Shown here one piece after another: positions 62,026-64,000 of a stretch of 64,000 bases of DNA. The first letter of the stretch is position 1; every line of letters begins with the position of its first letter. Under the pieces are notes generated by a model. It made no database searches, was not told where the DNA came from, and saw nothing but the letters and a program-made list of their open reading frames with translations. This stretch comes from Octopus bimaculoides. Taxonomy: Eukaryota. The translations under genes and the position numbers were made by a program. The DNA lies in NCBI RefSeq assembly GCF_001194135.2, contig NC_068998.1, positions 12,191,432 to 12,255,431 on the forward strand, read 5' to 3'.

Positions 62026-64000
62026 AATAAATGCTTTATTTTCTACTTCACCTGTTTATAAAGAATAATTTAGCCAATAAAAACTTTAATGAATGGTGGT
62101 AATTAGAAAAGGAAGAATGTTACTTGAAACGAAACGAAAAAACACTGATTCCAAGCGATAAAAATAACAAATACTAAAAAAAATTGGAAAAGATATCTTT
62201 TTTTTAAAAAATTTATTCTTGGTGTCTCATTTAAATATACACAGTTCAGGCACTGACAAATGGTTTTGTGTACCAAAAATTAGAGTATATATATCAAGCG
62301 ATGCGTAGTCACTAAATTTCCGTTGCAGTGAGACAATTTAAAAGATTTAACGAAAATATTTACTTGCGAAGAACGAAGTTAGTATTTTACTTTCGTACAG
62401 ATGAAAAAAAAAATCCTTGATATTTTCTCAAGTGCTTATTATTATTAAAAATAATATATATGTATAATTCATTGTTTTAAATATTTATTTATAGAGTTTT
62501 TACACAAGAGAGATGTATAAAAACGAAGTTTTGTCGCTCCCAGCATAATATTCGTATCTTTTGGCGGACTATTCAAAGTTGATTATATGTCTCCCGTCTA
62601 ATTTCAAGTAAGGTTTTATTATTTATTATATATTTAAATGATACATTATATATTGAACTGCATTAAACCCACTGTTCATTTCTCACAAAACTTGTTTCTT
62701 TGATAGGCTATATTTTGGTTATAAAACCTCAAGAAATTCAATTATATGCCTATTTTCTGCACACACATGTAAATACGTTGGTATGTATTTTCATAACACT
62801 TGATTTAAATCACACACACGTTTTTTAAGTATTATATAAATAAAATCTTTGTTGCAGATAAATTAAGACAAGTAACTTCATAAACTATTTTATAAACTAT
62901 CAAGGATCACTTTATAAAACTCGTTAAATCATTTTTAAATAAAGGAAGTCTTTCCAAAACAAAATAGTTCCTAGACTAGTTTTAGTTACGAAATCTAAAG
63001 AAATTGCTGTAAGGAGTTCCAGAAATATATAATTGCTAGGTAATTTAAAATAATGCCGCAGCCCCCCCTAAAGAGATTTACAAATGTTGGTTTTGTAAAT
63101 TTTATCTCAAAAATCTCGAAAACTAATAAGAATTGTTTGATGCCATCGAATTATAGAGAAAGGGTTGCAACGAAATTAACCATTTAAAAAACAAACAAAA
63201 AACCCTTCGGAAATGACAAGCATAATCGACCATCCCCAGTTCTTCGCTTACCATATTTACTCGTTTATACATCGTTCTATTTTATATTTGATTTTTTTTC
63301 TTCTGAAAAACAAAAAAAAAAAAAAGAAGAAAAAGACTAGGATGCGACTTACACACGGAACAAAGCTAATATGAAGTTTAAATATGAGGGGGGAAAAACT
63401 TGTGTACCAAGATTTAACACTAAATTTGGGAACAACTGACACACGAGTAAATATGGTATATAAATATTTCACCTGGCGTTCAATTCTTCTAATTGTTCTA
63501 GACAGAATTGATAATAATATTTTCTATCTTAATTCATGGTATATTCTAAGATAAATAGTTTATTATTCACAAAAACTGTCAAACTCTGCCTCCCTTCAAT
63601 TGTCAAAAGACGGAACCAGTTGCGTCGTGCTTAGTTGCTTAACTGTCTGTTGTGGTATCTCTGTATGTTTTGAAATTAAGAATTTTGATGATCTTCGAGT
63701 TTGGCAAATTTTTAAAAACAGCCATGACAATCTAAGACACGTTAGTTTGTTTTTTTTTTGGTGGGGGCATTATATACTTAAAAACTATAGGAGAAGCCTT
63801 TTCAGTCAGTCAAAAAAAAAAAAAGTAAATATTTTCAGGTGGAACGGCTGTTTCGCAAATTTTGTTTACTAAAAAGGTAGTCCAGAGCATTTCCAAGGGC
63901 ACCATGAAAAAAATCTGAAAAATTCCTGTCAAAATGGAAAAATTCCAACTTGTTGGTGCTTCCTAAGTCTGACGTCTGCATAATTTTGAATAATAGAAAA

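Noticed and set aside
63246-63275. Minus-strand aatATG|gtaagc, a possible first coding exon
   Set aside because: No downstream exons could be linked to it; a single motif is insufficient.

Overview
AT-rich, repeat-dense eukaryotic (animal) genomic DNA with five N gaps (262-318, ~3099-3114, 8198-8207, 33163-33321, 37390-37798). The SINE/MITE content looks like an octopus/cephalopod assembly; this is inference, not verified. Genes assembled by hand from splice signals: (1) a complete 4-exon RPS27 on + (10137-15800, 84 aa) with TATA, TCT/5'TOP start and AATAAA; (2) a second RPS27 paralogue on -, head-to-head with the first (exon 1 at 8127-8132, exon 2 from 88 running off the left edge), absent from the ORF track; (3) two exons of an alpha/epsilon-sarcoglycan-like gene on - (TM exon ~23001-23179, cytoplasmic exon 20394-20579) whose upstream ectodomain sequence is broken by stops or a frameshift; (4) an 8-coding-exon CCDC142-like gene on + (39082-54317, 933 aa). 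The rest is tRNA-derived SINEs, RTE LINE remnants, piggyBac/hAT/Merlin-like MITEs, a split Tc1/mariner fossil, an LTR-like segment and microsatellites. Main curiosities: the inverted RPS27 pair, the ectodomain-less sarcoglycan, a sense-strand minimal hammerhead ribozyme in the last CCDC142 intron, a ~180-bp-arm foldback in RPS27 intron 3, and palindromic elements carrying TTAGGG repeats. No CRISPR array, rRNA or true tRNA gene was seen.
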